64,000 nucleotides of DNA, from sequence record MW749003.1; one strand, 5' to 3'. Within the stretch, counting starts at the first letter, position 1. Each line of letters starts with the position of its first letter. The position numbers were made by a program, and so were the translations under genes. A model generated the notes under the pieces. The model worked only from the letters and a program-made list of their open reading frames with translations, had not been told where the DNA came from and did not search any database. Below, in pieces: positions 9,651 to 20,697 of the stretch.

Positions 9651-11864
9651 TTAAAATCCTCCTCCTAAGTCTTCTCCATCTCCCACAGAATTATTTGTCT
9701 TAAGGGCAGTTTCAGTAGAATCCATTAGAGCATCTTCATATAATTTGTCCATTAAATCCCAATCAATATTTGGAATCATATGTCTAACGATTTTCTTCTT
9801 GAAATTAGTCTTTTTAGATGAATCTGCATCTGTTTCATCTATATAGGATGATGTAATAAAATCAACAGTTTGGCTAGCATTGGAAATTTGATCATTAATA
9901 TTAGTTAGATTAAGGGATATTGGAGGTGGAAATAGCACTTCAATATCATTAACATCAATATAATCTTGACTATCTTTTTTCTTCTGCTTATCATCTTTAT
10001 CTTTTCTATTGTCATTCAAATGATATTCATTACGATATAACATTCTAATTAACTCTGAAAAGCTTTCAGAGAATGATGCCTGATCTGATACAATAGTTCT
10101 TACAAATGTAGAGTTTTGCATAACAAGTGATCTAGCAAAATCAACATCTTGAGAAGCATCAATATAGTTAGCAGGTACTCCTGTACCATTTACTGCTGAC
10201 TTTAATAAGAATTGAAGGAAATCGCTGTCTGCATCCACGTCCATACCGCTCAATGTATCAAAATCTAAAGGTTTTTCTCCATCTATAAGAGGAATATAGT
10301 AGTCATCAAATACTCCAATACTATTTAGAATTGTAGAAACACTTTTTAAAATATCTGTCTGAATTTCTTTTGACTTAATATCTTTAACTACTCCTTGAAT
10401 AGCACCTTCAATATCTGCATCTAATCCGGTTTCAACATACACCAAACGTTTATCTCTACCACGAGAGATCTTTTGCATTAATTCCGTAATCAAAGTAGCA
10501 AGATATAATTTAGCAAAGAACAAACTTCTTGCTAATTTTGATTGTCCATATAATTCATCACTATCAGTCATAAAATGTACTACTTCATCTGGTGCTAGAT
10601 ACGTGATCTTAACTTTCTTCTCAGTGATATATTTTTCCTTTAATAACGCATAGATATAGTCTTTGAATTCTTTATTATCTTTAATGAATTCGTTATCTAT
10701 CTTTTTTGAAATCCCTTTAATAAACACATTGGCAATAATTTCTTCTCTATCCTTATGATTTGATTGCTCAATATCCACTCTTGAATTGAAGAAATCACTA
10801 ATTGCTGTTGTACCTGAACCCTGTGTTGCAATCTCATCAGTCTTTTCAATATGAATATAACCAAAATTTATTCCATCTACTTCGAGTTTAATAACATTCT
10901 CAGGTGAAAGCATTCTTATAATAGAACCCTTAATACCAAAATGTGTAAACTCATCTTCATCATTTTCTTTATTTTTCTTTTTGTTTAATTGAGATAATCC
11001 ATCCGCAGATAAATTAAGTAAAGCTTTTCTTGGGTCATCCTCATAGTCAATATTTTTATTTATAACACTTGAGATTTCTGATTTAATCTGATTATAATTA
11101 TACTCTGATTTCTCATTCAAATTAGTTTCGAATAGCATTTTTAAATCTTTATCATCAATATCTTCTTTCATGATAAATCTAGAATTTTGCGGTTCCTCAT
11201 TATTTGAATTAAATAAATCCTTATTATCTTCTGTCAATAGCATTTTATTAAATTCTTCATCATACTTTAATACTGCAACAAAATAATCACCAAGTGTTAA
11301 TGTTTTTCTTATAATATTCTTTGCTCTCTTATTTAATTTATACTTTTTAACGAGAAAGTTAGTATTCTTTATAACATCATTACTTAATTCATCTTTTACT
11401 TTATCTGATTTATAACGGATATTTAAAGAGTCTTTAGTCAAATCATCTGGTGACATGATACTATCTCTATAAACATTAATACACTCAGCTAATTGAGGGA
11501 TATAAGAGTAGATAATACTATAATCACTATATCTAGAGATTCTTTCTTTTTCAAAACCCATTAATTGTGATAAATTCTCTTTGGATAAGACTTTTTCTAA
11601 CTGACCTTTATCAAATTTCTTTTTAGGTTTTTCTCCACTCATATTAGCATCATTATTAAATTCAGATGCATTTAGAAAGTCCATCATATTTGGAGTAGTA
11701 TAAGATTTATTTTGATCTATAATCTTATTAATAGAGTTAGATATTTCTTTTGTATCGTTCTCGAAATTATCAGATGTATCAGTACCAAAGATCTGATTAT
11801 TTATCTTATGTTCTAAACCATCAATTTTTCCTCTTGGATCTGCCATTTCATCACCTTTTTCCAT
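9651..11864 (-). CDS. Portal protein (T4 gp20-like)
   Basis: YGQS...LMQKISRGRDKRLVYVE, DDYYIP, DTLSG and TGVPANYID...FARSL motifs of the gp20 family; late promoter at 11875-11886. Confidence 0.82.
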   Translation of the reverse strand: MEKGDEMADPRGKIDGLEHKINNQIFGTDTSDNFENDTKEISNSINKIIDQNKSYTTPNMMDFLNASEFNNDANMSGEKPKKKFDKGQLEKVLSKENLSQLMGFEKERISRYSDYSIIYSYIPQLAECINVYRDSIMSPDDLTKDSLNIRYKSDKVKDELSNDVIKNTNFLVKKYKLNKRAKNIIRKTLTLGDYFVAVLKYDEEFNKMLLTEDNKDLFNSNNEEPQNSRFIMKEDIDDKDLKMLFETNLNEKSEYNYNQIKSEISSVINKNIDYEDDPRKALLNLSADGLSQLNKKKNKENDEDEFTHFGIKGSIIRMLSPENVIKLEVDGINFGYIHIEKTDEIATQGSGTTAISDFFNSRVDIEQSNHKDREEIIANVFIKGISKKIDNEFIKDNKEFKDYIYALLKEKYITEKKVKITYLAPDEVVHFMTDSDELYGQSKLARSLFFAKLYLATLITELMQKISRGRDKRLVYVETGLDADIEGAIQGVVKDIKSKEIQTDILKSVSTILNSIGVFDDYYIPLIDGEKPLDFDTLSGMDVDADSDFLQFLLKSAVNGTGVPANYIDASQDVDFARSLVMQNSTFVRTIVSDQASFSESFSELIRMLYRNEYHLNDNRKDKDDKQKKKDSQDYIDVNDIEVLFPPPISLNLTNINDQISNASQTVDFITSSYIDETDADSSKKTNFKKKIVRHMIPNIDWDLMDKLYEDALMDSTETALKTNNSVGDGEDLGGGF

Positions 11865-11874
11865 TTCAACATTA

Positions 11875-11886
11875 TAATTAAATGTT
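11875..11886 (-). promoter_or_regulatory. Late promoter AACA-N6-TA
   Basis: Minus-strand AACA tttaat TA upstream of the portal gene. Confidence 0.65.
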
Positions 11887-11933
11887 TTTCTTTATGAAAA
11901 AAATAAAAAAAAAATAAAGCATGTAAACATGCT

Positions 11934-12701
11934 TTATTCTGCTATATCAGTAATAAGTATATACTGTTTTACCTCAATATTATTTGAAGGAACAATAATC
12001 TCGATAATATAGAGATTTTCATCTGAATTATAATCATATAATTTAAAGTAGATATCTTGTTTAGATGTCTTAGTGCCTTTGAATCCAACTAAAAATTTCT
12101 TATTATAAATTATTCTAATATAACTATCATCATCTTCTAATTTTTCATCTATAGTACAATTACCAGTATTAGGGTAGAAATAAATAGAAAATGGTGAATT
12201 CTTATATTCTTTTATTACCTCGGTTTGATCACTATTTAATTGAAATTCTCCTAATAACTTATAGTTTTCTATCTTAAATCTATTAGAATCATCAATGAAT
12301 TCATATCTTTGTTCTACTAAAGGTACGTTAGTGTTAAATTCAATATAATTATTATCTATTCTTACTTCAGTTATATTATTCTTATATTCTTTAAAAAAGG
12401 CATAGTAATCAGATCCCCTAATGGAAAATTTACAGTTATTAATTATATCTTCTAAAAATGCATTCTTTTTAGAATAGATAGGATAAGCAGTAATATAAGG
12501 AGTTAGTTGTTCATGACCATTAGCAATTATAACTCCATTAATGTAGTTATAATGTTCCCTGCTATTATGTACCTTTTTCATATATTGATTAAGATCATTA
12601 AGCAGTTTACAAAATTCTTTAACCTCATTCGCATCAGATAATACAATCATATTATCACTCCTATTATAATGATTCCAGTAGAATTTATCTACTGGAATCA
12701 T
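11934..12701 (-). CDS. Hypothetical protein
   Basis: 255-aa ORF in a tightly packed minus-strand operon. Confidence 0.75.
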   Translation of the reverse strand: MIPVDKFYWNHYNRSDNMIVLSDANEVKEFCKLLNDLNQYMKKVHNSREHYNYINGVIIANGHEQLTPYITAYPIYSKKNAFLEDIINNCKFSIRGSDYYAFFKEYKNNITEVRIDNNYIEFNTNVPLVEQRYEFIDDSNRFKIENYKLLGEFQLNSDQTEVIKEYKNSPFSIYFYPNTGNCTIDEKLEDDDSYIRIIYNKKFLVGFKGTKTSKQDIYFKLYDYNSDENLYIIEIIVPSNNIEVKQYILITDIAE

Positions 12702-12707
12702 ATTTAT

Positions 12708-12992
12708 TTATTTATCTTTCCACTGAAATCCAATATTTAAGTTCACTTGTTTAGGACTTAAGATAGTTATTGAATCCCAGTTTAAACCAAATTTAAACTC
12801 TTCTTTATTTGAAAATACTTTTACATTCAAATCTTTTAAGTTAACTAAAAATATTCTACTTGTACAACTATCATAATTTACCATCCATGCCATATCATCA
12901 TCTCTTACAAGGAAATAGCCATCACTAATATCTTTAAACTTTAATTTTTTTGGCTCGTCTTTAATAATTTTTAACTTAATTGACATACTCAT
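12708..12992 (-). CDS. Hypothetical protein
   Basis: ORF with RBS, same operon. Confidence 0.7.
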   Translation of the reverse strand: MSMSIKLKIIKDEPKKLKFKDISDGYFLVRDDDMAWMVNYDSCTSRIFLVNLKDLNVKVFSNKEEFKFGLNWDSITILSPKQVNLNIGFQWKDK

Positions 12993-12999
12993 TCCCCTT

Positions 13000-13215
13000 T
13001 TAATAGTCCTCTATCGGTTCACCTTCATAAAATCTAAAATATTCTGTAGCATAGGTTTCATAGAGACCTTTATCATTAGTAATAATAATTTGATTTACAC
13101 CAGCATTTTCATGCACTAAATAAACTTTATTTCTAGTTAAATTAAATTCAGAAGTCTCAGCTACTACCAAATCGAGATCATTTACCAGCTTGTTATAACA
13201 ATTTCCCTTTTTCAT
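13000..13215 (-). CDS. Hypothetical protein
   Basis: ORF with GAGG RBS, same operon. Confidence 0.7.
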   Translation of the reverse strand: MKKGNCYNKLVNDLDLVVAETSEFNLTRNKVYLVHENAGVNQIIITNDKGLYETYATEYFRFYEGEPIEDY

Positions 13216-13225
13216 AATATATCCC

Positions 13226-13462
13226 TCATTTACTTGTTATCTGTTCTTTATTTTTAAATTGAGATTTCTTTAGACGCTTATTTTGGTGTTCTAATAAGTT
13301 ATTATGACTGTTAATCCTAATGTTCTCATTTGATAAGTATTCAGTTTTTGTTCGTTCTTCATTATATTTATCCATTAAACTTCGATATTTATATAATAAT
13401 GAAAAAGCAGCAACATTAACTATCATAAATTCCACTCCTAGAAATATATTAATAGTATCCAA
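13226..13462 (-). CDS. Small membrane-anchored coiled-coil protein
   Basis: N-terminal hydrophobic helix INIFLGVEFMIVNVAAFSLLY followed by a charged coil. Confidence 0.65.
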   Translation of the reverse strand: MDTINIFLGVEFMIVNVAAFSLLYKYRSLMDKYNEERTKTEYLSNENIRINSHNNLLEHQNKRLKKSQFKNKEQITSK

Positions 13463-13475
13463 TATTATATCTCCT

Positions 13476-14069
13476 TTAGTGTTTTTTACTAACTAATGCT
13501 CTCTTATTAATTACCTTTCTATGATAAGCACTATTAAGTTTGTAATAACATTCTTTAATTACTTTAGCATCATGGAGTGCATTATGTTTATTTTCACTAA
13601 ATGGTAATCCAATATATTCTTCTCGATTAATATCAGGATCAATGTCTAGGATTTTAAATAGAGTACAAATATCAAAAGGAATATAATTAATATTATCTGG
13701 AATATCGAAAGCACTACCAAATAAATTATTAAATAATATCCAATCATAAGATAAACAATCAGACCACATGTCAATGTAATCAAACTGTTCTAACCATGTT
13801 TCTAATGCTTCTTTAATTTCTTTAGAATTTCCTTTCATCGTTACAGTGTAATCATCTCTATTAGACTTAAAATTATTAAATTGATTATAGCCATTGTATA
13901 GTAATTTATCAATAACATTTTCCTGTAACCATTCATCTACTTGATCTTTGTTATAATCATTAAATTCAGCATAAAAAGATCTTCCATTTTCAGCAACTAG
14001 TCCAATACTAATAAGACTGGTCTCCTGATGAAGACCAGTAAATTCTGTATCAAAGAAAATTTTTGTCAT
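13476..14069 (-). CDS. DEDDh 3'-5' exonuclease (Rv2179c/exoribonuclease-like)
   Basis: IFFDTEFTGL, SYDW and HNALHDA motifs. Confidence 0.85.
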   Translation of the reverse strand: MTKIFFDTEFTGLHQETSLISIGLVAENGRSFYAEFNDYNKDQVDEWLQENVIDKLLYNGYNQFNNFKSNRDDYTVTMKGNSKEIKEALETWLEQFDYIDMWSDCLSYDWILFNNLFGSAFDIPDNINYIPFDICTLFKILDIDPDINREEYIGLPFSENKHNALHDAKVIKECYYKLNSAYHRKVINKRALVSKKH

Positions 14070-14082
14070 TTATATCTCTCCC

Positions 14083-15747
14083 TTAAGATACTTGTAATTG
14101 TTTTTGTTGTTTTAATTTTTGAATCAAATCACTTGTTGTTGGTAAATTATGCCATTTATTACCAAAATTGATATAATCCTTACTTGAATAGTCATCAACA
14201 TATTCTTTTGAGATATCATTACCATCTTCTTCAATAACGACTCTCCCATAACATGTTTCAGGTGAGATATTAAATGCTTGAATGATTGATGGATATAGAG
14301 AGCTTAAATCAAAGTCAATACAATTCTCAAATAGGAATTTAGATTTTTCCCCTAATAACTCAATTCCGATATTATCAATGTTATTTGGATTAGCTACAAA
14401 TGCACCTTTAATTTTTCCCTCAGTCTGCTCTCTAATTTTTGCTCTATTATTAGAGATATAAACTCCTTTTTCACGATAGAATTTAGAAGCAAGATTTCGT
14501 AAACAAATTGTTTTCTTCATTGCTTTCTCAATACGTGTTTCAGTTAACATTGCTACTGAATAGATTGCATCAACATCTCTATTCTTTTCTTCCATCATCA
14601 TCATCATAACAGTATCTTGAATATTATAAAACATAAATTTCTTATAATCGGTAATATGGAAAGTTTTAAATCCTTCTTCCATTACATCTTTTGTTAGTCC
14701 TACTTCTTTTTCCCCAATATAGTCCAAACTATAAGACTCTTCTTTACCCATACCTTTTCTTAAGTTAGCATAGAGGTTCATTGCGTCTAGATATACTGAA
14801 TAAGATGTAACATTCATTTCATTACCATTATCAGATGGATCTTGGTTAAATGTATCTTTTCTATAGCTAACTCTCTTATATTTAAATTCTTTTGGACACA
14901 TAATATCTTCTGGATTATGCCCTAATCTCATAATTCTATTCATTAAATAAGGATTATCGAATCCATGTCCATTCCAAGCTAATACAAAATCAGGTTTAAT
15001 TTCAATATTAATAAGATCGTAGAATCGTTTTATCATATGAATCTCACTTTCCCATTCTTCAATGATAAAATTCATCTTTCTACCTTTTAAGATCTTTTTA
15101 TATCTTTCTTCTAGTTCACTCTTAATACTATCTAGGTTACTCATTGTTTCTACATAAGTATCATGATTATATTTTAAGCAAAGTGTATAACAATTAAGAT
15201 TATCCATATCAATAAGTGTCATAATATTTACTGGTGCTTCAGCTTCTTCTGGTTCAGGGAATCCAACAATTTTCTCAATATCAACCTCTATATCGTATAC
15301 CACTTTAGTTAAACCGAAGTTATTTTTATCGGCTGGGTGTTTCTTTAAAAATTGAGAAATATAATAATCTTGAATGTTTACATCTGAACCATGTAAACGA
15401 TAGTCTAAATGAATTCGATTTAATTTCTTTCCAATTCCATAGCCACCAGATTTTATTGTATCCCAGAAATAATTTGTAAGATTTTGATCATTTAATGTAG
15501 TGATAATTGACTTATATAAATCTTTCGCATAACATTTGATTGGAAGTACTTTATCTTTTTCAATGTAGTTTCTTAGTTTTCCATCCCAATATTGTGGTTT
15601 TGTAATGTAATATTCAATGACTGGTTTTTCAATTGTTTCACAACGCTTATTACCATTTTCATCTTTAACAATAAATAGTACCTTATCAAAACCATCTTTA
15701 CTTTTTCTATCTGGATAAAAATAATGTGTATTAATCATCTGAACCAT
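14083..15747 (-). CDS. Family B DNA polymerase, N-terminal subunit (proofreading exonuclease plus motif A)
   Basis: ExoI YDIEVD, ExoII WNGHGFDNPYL, ExoIII YNIQDT and motif A DFDLSSLYPSII; the ORF ends before motif B. Confidence 0.9.
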   Translation of the reverse strand: MVQMINTHYFYPDRKSKDGFDKVLFIVKDENGNKRCETIEKPVIEYYITKPQYWDGKLRNYIEKDKVLPIKCYAKDLYKSIITTLNDQNLTNYFWDTIKSGGYGIGKKLNRIHLDYRLHGSDVNIQDYYISQFLKKHPADKNNFGLTKVVYDIEVDIEKIVGFPEPEEAEAPVNIMTLIDMDNLNCYTLCLKYNHDTYVETMSNLDSIKSELEERYKKILKGRKMNFIIEEWESEIHMIKRFYDLINIEIKPDFVLAWNGHGFDNPYLMNRIMRLGHNPEDIMCPKEFKYKRVSYRKDTFNQDPSDNGNEMNVTSYSVYLDAMNLYANLRKGMGKEESYSLDYIGEKEVGLTKDVMEEGFKTFHITDYKKFMFYNIQDTVMMMMMEEKNRDVDAIYSVAMLTETRIEKAMKKTICLRNLASKFYREKGVYISNNRAKIREQTEGKIKGAFVANPNNIDNIGIELLGEKSKFLFENCIDFDLSSLYPSIIQAFNISPETCYGRVVIEEDGNDISKEYVDDYSSKDYINFGNKWHNLPTTSDLIQKLKQQKQLQVS

Positions 15748-15852
15748 AAATTTATAACCTCCTCAATATTCATCAATAATTTAGTTTTCCATTTTTATAA
15801 AAAGTTAGGCTAAATCACTATATTCTTCCTTTCTATTTATGTAATCATTTAT

Positions 15853-15862
15853 ATAATATATA
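15853..15862 (-). promoter_or_regulatory. Early (virion RNAP) promoter-like TATATATTAT
   Basis: The same motif precedes 21460, 31421, 43014, 44012 and 30715. Confidence 0.55.
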
Positions 15863-15907
15863 TTTAAAGTGATTATGTGAATTTAATATCCACATAATCA
15901 CTTTTTA

Positions 15908-16162
15908 TTATCTAGTATTTACTTTATTAGCCTTTAGTTTAATTAATTTTAATTTTCCGTCTGAAAATTCAACAGTCATCCTATCAGTTTCACCATTACT
16001 GTTGACTTTAATAATATTTTTAATACTATATCCATAAGTAGTAGCATTACTTACTTCATTAATTACCTCTTCCTCTGATTTTGCTTGGTTGAAGTATATT
16101 TCATCATTTTCATCTTTACTAATTACAATAAAGCTATTCTTTTCAATTTTTTCTTTATTCAT
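15908..16162 (-). CDS. Hypothetical protein
   Basis: 84-aa ORF with RBS. Confidence 0.65.
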   Translation of the reverse strand: MNKEKIEKNSFIVISKDENDEIYFNQAKSEEEVINEVSNATTYGYSIKNIIKVNSNGETDRMTVEFSDGKLKLIKLKANKVNTR

Positions 16163-16189
16163 TTTATCTTCATCCTTTGATAAATTATT

Positions 16190-16570
16190 TTAATTACTCT
16201 CAGATCCAAATTTCTTTTTTAGTTCTTCATATCTTTTTCTATCTGCTTCTTCTTTTCTTCTTAGACGATCTTTTCTAATTTGCTCTTGCTTTTTCTTAAA
16301 TTCTTTATCATACTCTTCCCAATCTTTTTCAGTAACAATTCCTCTCTTATCAAGTTCATCTCTAATATATTTATCATTATATAGACTATGTTGTGCTTGT
16401 ATTTTTGGATACACTCTAATTTCAGTATTTCCAAATTCATCAGTCTTTTGCCGAATCAAACAAACTCCACCATCTTTAGTAGCAATAGTAATATAGTCGG
16501 CAAATTGATTTGCTGAAACAAAGCCAATTACTTTTCCTTCTAAATCATTAGTATTTTCGATAAAATACAT
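16190..16570 (-). CDS. Hypothetical protein with charged C-terminal helix
   Basis: 126-aa ORF with GAGG RBS. Confidence 0.7.
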   Translation of the reverse strand: MYFIENTNDLEGKVIGFVSANQFADYITIATKDGGVCLIRQKTDEFGNTEIRVYPKIQAQHSLYNDKYIRDELDKRGIVTEKDWEEYDKEFKKKQEQIRKDRLRRKEEADRKRYEELKKKFGSESN

Positions 16571-16757
16571 ACTATTATACCTCTTCCATTTTTAATATTT
16601 TTACGAATTGCATTATTTACATCTGAAATTCCTTTATTTTTTCTGAATATATTTTCCTTCAATAGATTGTTCTAAATCTTCTTTATTTTTAATATTTCCA
16701 AAGAAAAATTGACCAGCAAGATCTTTTAAATTATATACTTTATTCATTATTAATCTC

Positions 16758-17024
16758 CTAACATTCACTACATTTTTTACATACTCTATAATAATAAAAT
16801 TTACCTAAATCTATTCCTACCCAGTATTGACAACTGTTTCCCTTTTGTATCGTCTCATTACAGAATTCACATATAAAATTTTTTCTTGATTCTCTAACTT
16901 GTCTAATTTTCATGAATGGAGGATAGGTGGGGATTCTTCCTAAACTCTCATCATTATTATAAAATTCACTCATTATTTTTAAATAGATTAATAAAATTCC
17001 AAATATCCCCATAAAAAACATCAT
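16758..17024 (-). CDS. Small membrane protein with a Cys4 zinc-binding motif
   Basis: N-terminal hydrophobic segment; CEFC...CKKC. Confidence 0.6.
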   Translation of the reverse strand: MMFFMGIFGILLIYLKIMSEFYNNDESLGRIPTYPPFMKIRQVRESRKNFICEFCNETIQKGNSCQYWVGIDLGKFYYYRVCKKCSEC

Positions 17025-17038
17025 TTAATATTTTAAAT

Positions 17039-17539
17039 TCACGCATTTTTAACCATCTCTTTCTTCATAGTTATATACCAATAATTATACTTATTATCAA
17101 ACTCAATATTTGTATATGGATTGTTATCAAAATAAGACACAATCATATGAATCAAATTATTCCCATAAACATTAAAACTCTTATTCTTATCAAAGATATA
17201 TTTATATACTTTGCGACTTACTTTATTTTTCTTTCTCCAGAAATCAAATCTAAAGAATTCGTCTAATGATACATCAGCATTAGACTCAGATATAGCTAAT
17301 TCAACACCTTGTGATGGATATTTTACTAATGCATTTTCAATATAGGATATTACTTCATTGACTGCAAGCTTATAATACTTGTGTTTATTTTTATTATATC
17401 TTTTTCTTTCAAAAGCCTGAAACTTCTTATAGAAGAAGTTACAAGGCTTTTCAATGAGAAATAAAAGTATACTATAGTACAACTTTTTATATTTTTTCTT
17501 TCTTTTTTCTTTATTGATTCTTTTTGGTATGTGACTCAA
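17039..17539 (-). CDS. Hypothetical basic protein
   Basis: 166-aa ORF between SbcC and the downstream genes. Confidence 0.65.
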   Translation of the reverse strand: MSHIPKRINKEKRKKKYKKLYYSILLFLIEKPCNFFYKKFQAFERKRYNKNKHKYYKLAVNEVISYIENALVKYPSQGVELAISESNADVSLDEFFRFDFWRKKNKVSRKVYKYIFDKNKSFNVYGNNLIHMIVSYFDNNPYTNIEFDNKYNYWYITMKKEMVKNA

Positions 17540-17550
17540 TTAAATTCCCC

Positions 17551-20325
17551 CTAGTACTTATAAACAATTCCTTTATTTTGCATGAACTCTTCATTATCTG
17601 TATCTATATTATGACCATTTAATAAAATTAAATCAACTGGACTAGAATCAAATTCATTGTTATGACTGATCACAAATACTTGTTCGATACCTAATTCTTG
17701 AATTTGAGACTCAAGCAATGATGTATATAGTCTTCTATTTCTTGCAGATAACGTACTATCAACCTCATCTAAATAAAGAATATTATATTTAGTTGATTCC
17801 ATCATTCTTTCTATCATTCCTAGTGATAGCGAAATAATTGTTAATGATGTTTCCCCTTGAGAAGCTTCTTTAATATCTTCTAAAAAAGTGCCATCAGATT
17901 TAAACACATTAATAAAGAAATCAGATGCACTTATATCAAATTTAATCTTAAATTGATCACCATATGCGATATCTAATAAGTTATTAGCTCTCATTGCTAT
18001 ATCTTTAAGATAGTTATCAATAAAGAATAATGGAATTCCTTTCTTTGGATCAAGTGCTTCTTTAATAATCTTATAATTATTATAATTTTCCTCAATTTCT
18101 TTTAATCTTTCAGTGCAATCATCAATAATGATTAAGTCTCTTTGAACTTCTTTTAATTTAATTTCTAATGGTTCAAGTTCAGATCTTTTACTTCTCAATA
18201 GAAGAAGATTATCATTAATGATTTTCTCATTTGCTTTAATAGAATTATAGATGTTTAATTTCTTTTGGTAATCAGCTTCTTTTTTATTTAGCTCATTAGT
18301 ATTATTCTCAATAATACTTTTTTGATTTTTAATAGTTTCTAAAATTGCTAATTTTGTTTTATTATTTTTAATTTTCTTGTCTATTGATTTTTTACTAGAA
18401 ATTAGAGTATCAATTTCACTCTTACACTGAAAATACTTTTCCTTAATTTCCAATAATTCCTTTTTAGCCTGTTCAACAATTTCATTTTGCTTTTGTGCTG
18501 TTTTAAGATGAGATAATAAATTTTCTTTTTTATCTTTTTCAATTATAATATCCACTTTTACACTAGCTATTTCAATAATATCCTTAATTGAAAACTTTTC
18601 TTGGATGTCACTAATGCTACTTTTTAGAATATCAATTATATTTTCCTCTGTTATAGCATTATCATAAATTAATGAAATTACTTCTTTATTAGAATTAATT
18701 TTCTTATTCAATCTCATAATATCTTGAGCATAGTTCCATCTATTTCTTAATTCTTCAAGATTTTTCTGATCTTCAATAATACTATTTTCAATATCTATTA
18801 ATTCGCTAAGTAAGGGTTCTAACCTAGAATAATCATTATTTCTATAATCTAAAGCTTTAACAATAAAAGGACATGTATCAATTATACAATTACTTGGTCT
18901 TTTCTCAAGTGTTTCAAGTAAATAAGAATTTGACTCAATTTTATTAGTCTCTTTTTCAATAGTATCTTTTCTATTTAGATCAACTTGTAATTTTTCATCA
19001 AGCCTCTTAATCTCATTAGGTATAGTAATTATTTCAGAAACATTAAATGATTCAATGATATGACTAGTATGATCAGACTTAATTGATTCAATTGTTTCAA
19101 CAATTCCATCCAAGATATATTGATATTGAGTTGCCATTTGAACTGTTATATCTAGATCTGAATAAGGACTATTTAAAATTTTCTTTTCATACTGTTCAAT
19201 TAATGAATCTTTATTTTTTATTTGTTCCTCTATATAGTCAGTATCAGCTTTATTTTCAATGATACTATTTTTAGAAGTAATTTCATTTCCTAGACGAACG
19301 ATATCTTTTTCAAGATTATCAATCTGATTATTGATTAAATTTAGTTCTCCATTTAGTTCAACTTCTAATTTATTACATTCCATAATTGAATTATTAATTC
19401 TATCAATCTCATAATTTTTAAGATTTGGATATCTTTCATAATAAGTATCCAAAATCTTTTCACCTTTTATAATTTCAATTTGCATACCTTTAATGGTATT
19501 ATTTAGATGGTTAATATAATGATCATAATCATCAAAGCCCTCAGTATCTAGACTTACTTTTAATTCGTCTATCTTTCCCTCAGTTCGGTTAATATTCTTA
19601 TCAATATTCTCAATCTCTTTATTTAATTCATTAATTCTTTTGGTCAATGTTTCATTTAATTTTTCCAAGTTATCCTTGGAATCTAATTTTTCTAATTGAC
19701 TTCTAATGCTTTTAATAGTACTTGTAACATTCTTAAATTTTTCATTGACTATCTCAAATGCTTCTAAATAATCATCAATATCTGGAAGAAAATTGTTTAT
19801 ATATTTCTTCCTATCAGCAGTTTTTAAATCTACAAATGTAGTTACATTACTCCCAAGTCTTGCTACTCTAAAATAATCCCTTGTTAGATTAAATTCTTCT
19901 TGAAGAATTTTTTCAAATGTTCTAATACCGCCATTTTCATTCAGTTCTTCACCATTCTTTGAAATAAATGATTTATTACCACTACTATTAAATTTACCAT
20001 CTACCACTTTTGCATAGTAATGTCTAATAATGTAGTTATCTTTTCCACTAGAGAGATGAATTTCTTTTTCACCTTTCTTGCCATCAAGAATGATAGATTT
20101 TCTCTCATCATTAGTATCTCTATAAGGAGTTAATAAACTTAAAATAGTCGTTTTACCAGAACCATTATCACCGATTAAAGCAATAATTTTATTAGTAGAT
20201 TTTGAGAAATCAAGCTCTAGTTCTGTTTTACCTAATCCAGCATAAATTCCAGCAAAGTTAACAAATCTTGCATAAGTGATTTTCATTCTCTCACTCTCCC
20301 ATAATATCTCATCTTTCATTTTCAT
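17551..20325 (-). CDS. sbcC: SbcC/Rad50-like SMC ATPase
   Basis: Walker A GDNGSGKTT, long coiled coil with CIIDTC hook-like motif, signature SQGE, Walker B LYLDE, ISH loop. Confidence 0.9.
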   Translation of the reverse strand: MKMKDEILWESERMKITYARFVNFAGIYAGLGKTELELDFSKSTNKIIALIGDNGSGKTTILSLLTPYRDTNDERKSIILDGKKGEKEIHLSSGKDNYIIRHYYAKVVDGKFNSSGNKSFISKNGEELNENGGIRTFEKILQEEFNLTRDYFRVARLGSNVTTFVDLKTADRKKYINNFLPDIDDYLEAFEIVNEKFKNVTSTIKSIRSQLEKLDSKDNLEKLNETLTKRINELNKEIENIDKNINRTEGKIDELKVSLDTEGFDDYDHYINHLNNTIKGMQIEIIKGEKILDTYYERYPNLKNYEIDRINNSIMECNKLEVELNGELNLINNQIDNLEKDIVRLGNEITSKNSIIENKADTDYIEEQIKNKDSLIEQYEKKILNSPYSDLDITVQMATQYQYILDGIVETIESIKSDHTSHIIESFNVSEIITIPNEIKRLDEKLQVDLNRKDTIEKETNKIESNSYLLETLEKRPSNCIIDTCPFIVKALDYRNNDYSRLEPLLSELIDIENSIIEDQKNLEELRNRWNYAQDIMRLNKKINSNKEVISLIYDNAITEENIIDILKSSISDIQEKFSIKDIIEIASVKVDIIIEKDKKENLLSHLKTAQKQNEIVEQAKKELLEIKEKYFQCKSEIDTLISSKKSIDKKIKNNKTKLAILETIKNQKSIIENNTNELNKKEADYQKKLNIYNSIKANEKIINDNLLLLRSKRSELEPLEIKLKEVQRDLIIIDDCTERLKEIEENYNNYKIIKEALDPKKGIPLFFIDNYLKDIAMRANNLLDIAYGDQFKIKFDISASDFFINVFKSDGTFLEDIKEASQGETSLTIISLSLGMIERMMESTKYNILYLDEVDSTLSARNRRLYTSLLESQIQELGIEQVFVISHNNEFDSSPVDLILLNGHNIDTDNEEFMQNKGIVYKY

Positions 20326-20373
20326 GTTTTTAAATAATTTTTTTATTTACAAGAATATAAATAAATTATTTTA

Positions 20374-20514
20374 TTATATATCAGACTGATTATATTCTTC
20401 AAAATTATCACATTCTTCACATTGTATTATAAGTAATGATTCGAATTCATCATCATCTACTATAAAACTAATATTGTTTGATCCACACTCATCACATCTA
20501 ATAGTAAAACTCAT
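20374..20514 (-). CDS. Small acidic zinc-ribbon protein (46 aa, below the ORF-track cutoff)
   Basis: MSFTIRCDECGSNNISF...IQCEECDNFEEY with a GGAG RBS. Confidence 0.6.
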   Translation of the reverse strand: MSFTIRCDECGSNNISFIVDDDEFESLLIIQCEECDNFEEYNQSDI

Positions 20515-20697
20515 TTAAATCACTCCATTTTTCTTTTATTTTATTAACTTATTTATAATATATTCTTTAATCTTTTTTTATTTTTAGAGAATTAATTATA
20601 ATAAAACAAAATTATAATAAAATAAACCCCTCAATAAAAGCAGAACAATATTGTTTAATTAAACCAAGGATATCAGATAATGATATCCTTGGTTATT

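Noticed and set aside
15908-16162. 84-aa protein as uracil-DNA glycosylase inhibitor Ugi
   Set aside because: Same length only; no resemblance to the Ugi sequence as I know it. No Ugi was recognised in this window.
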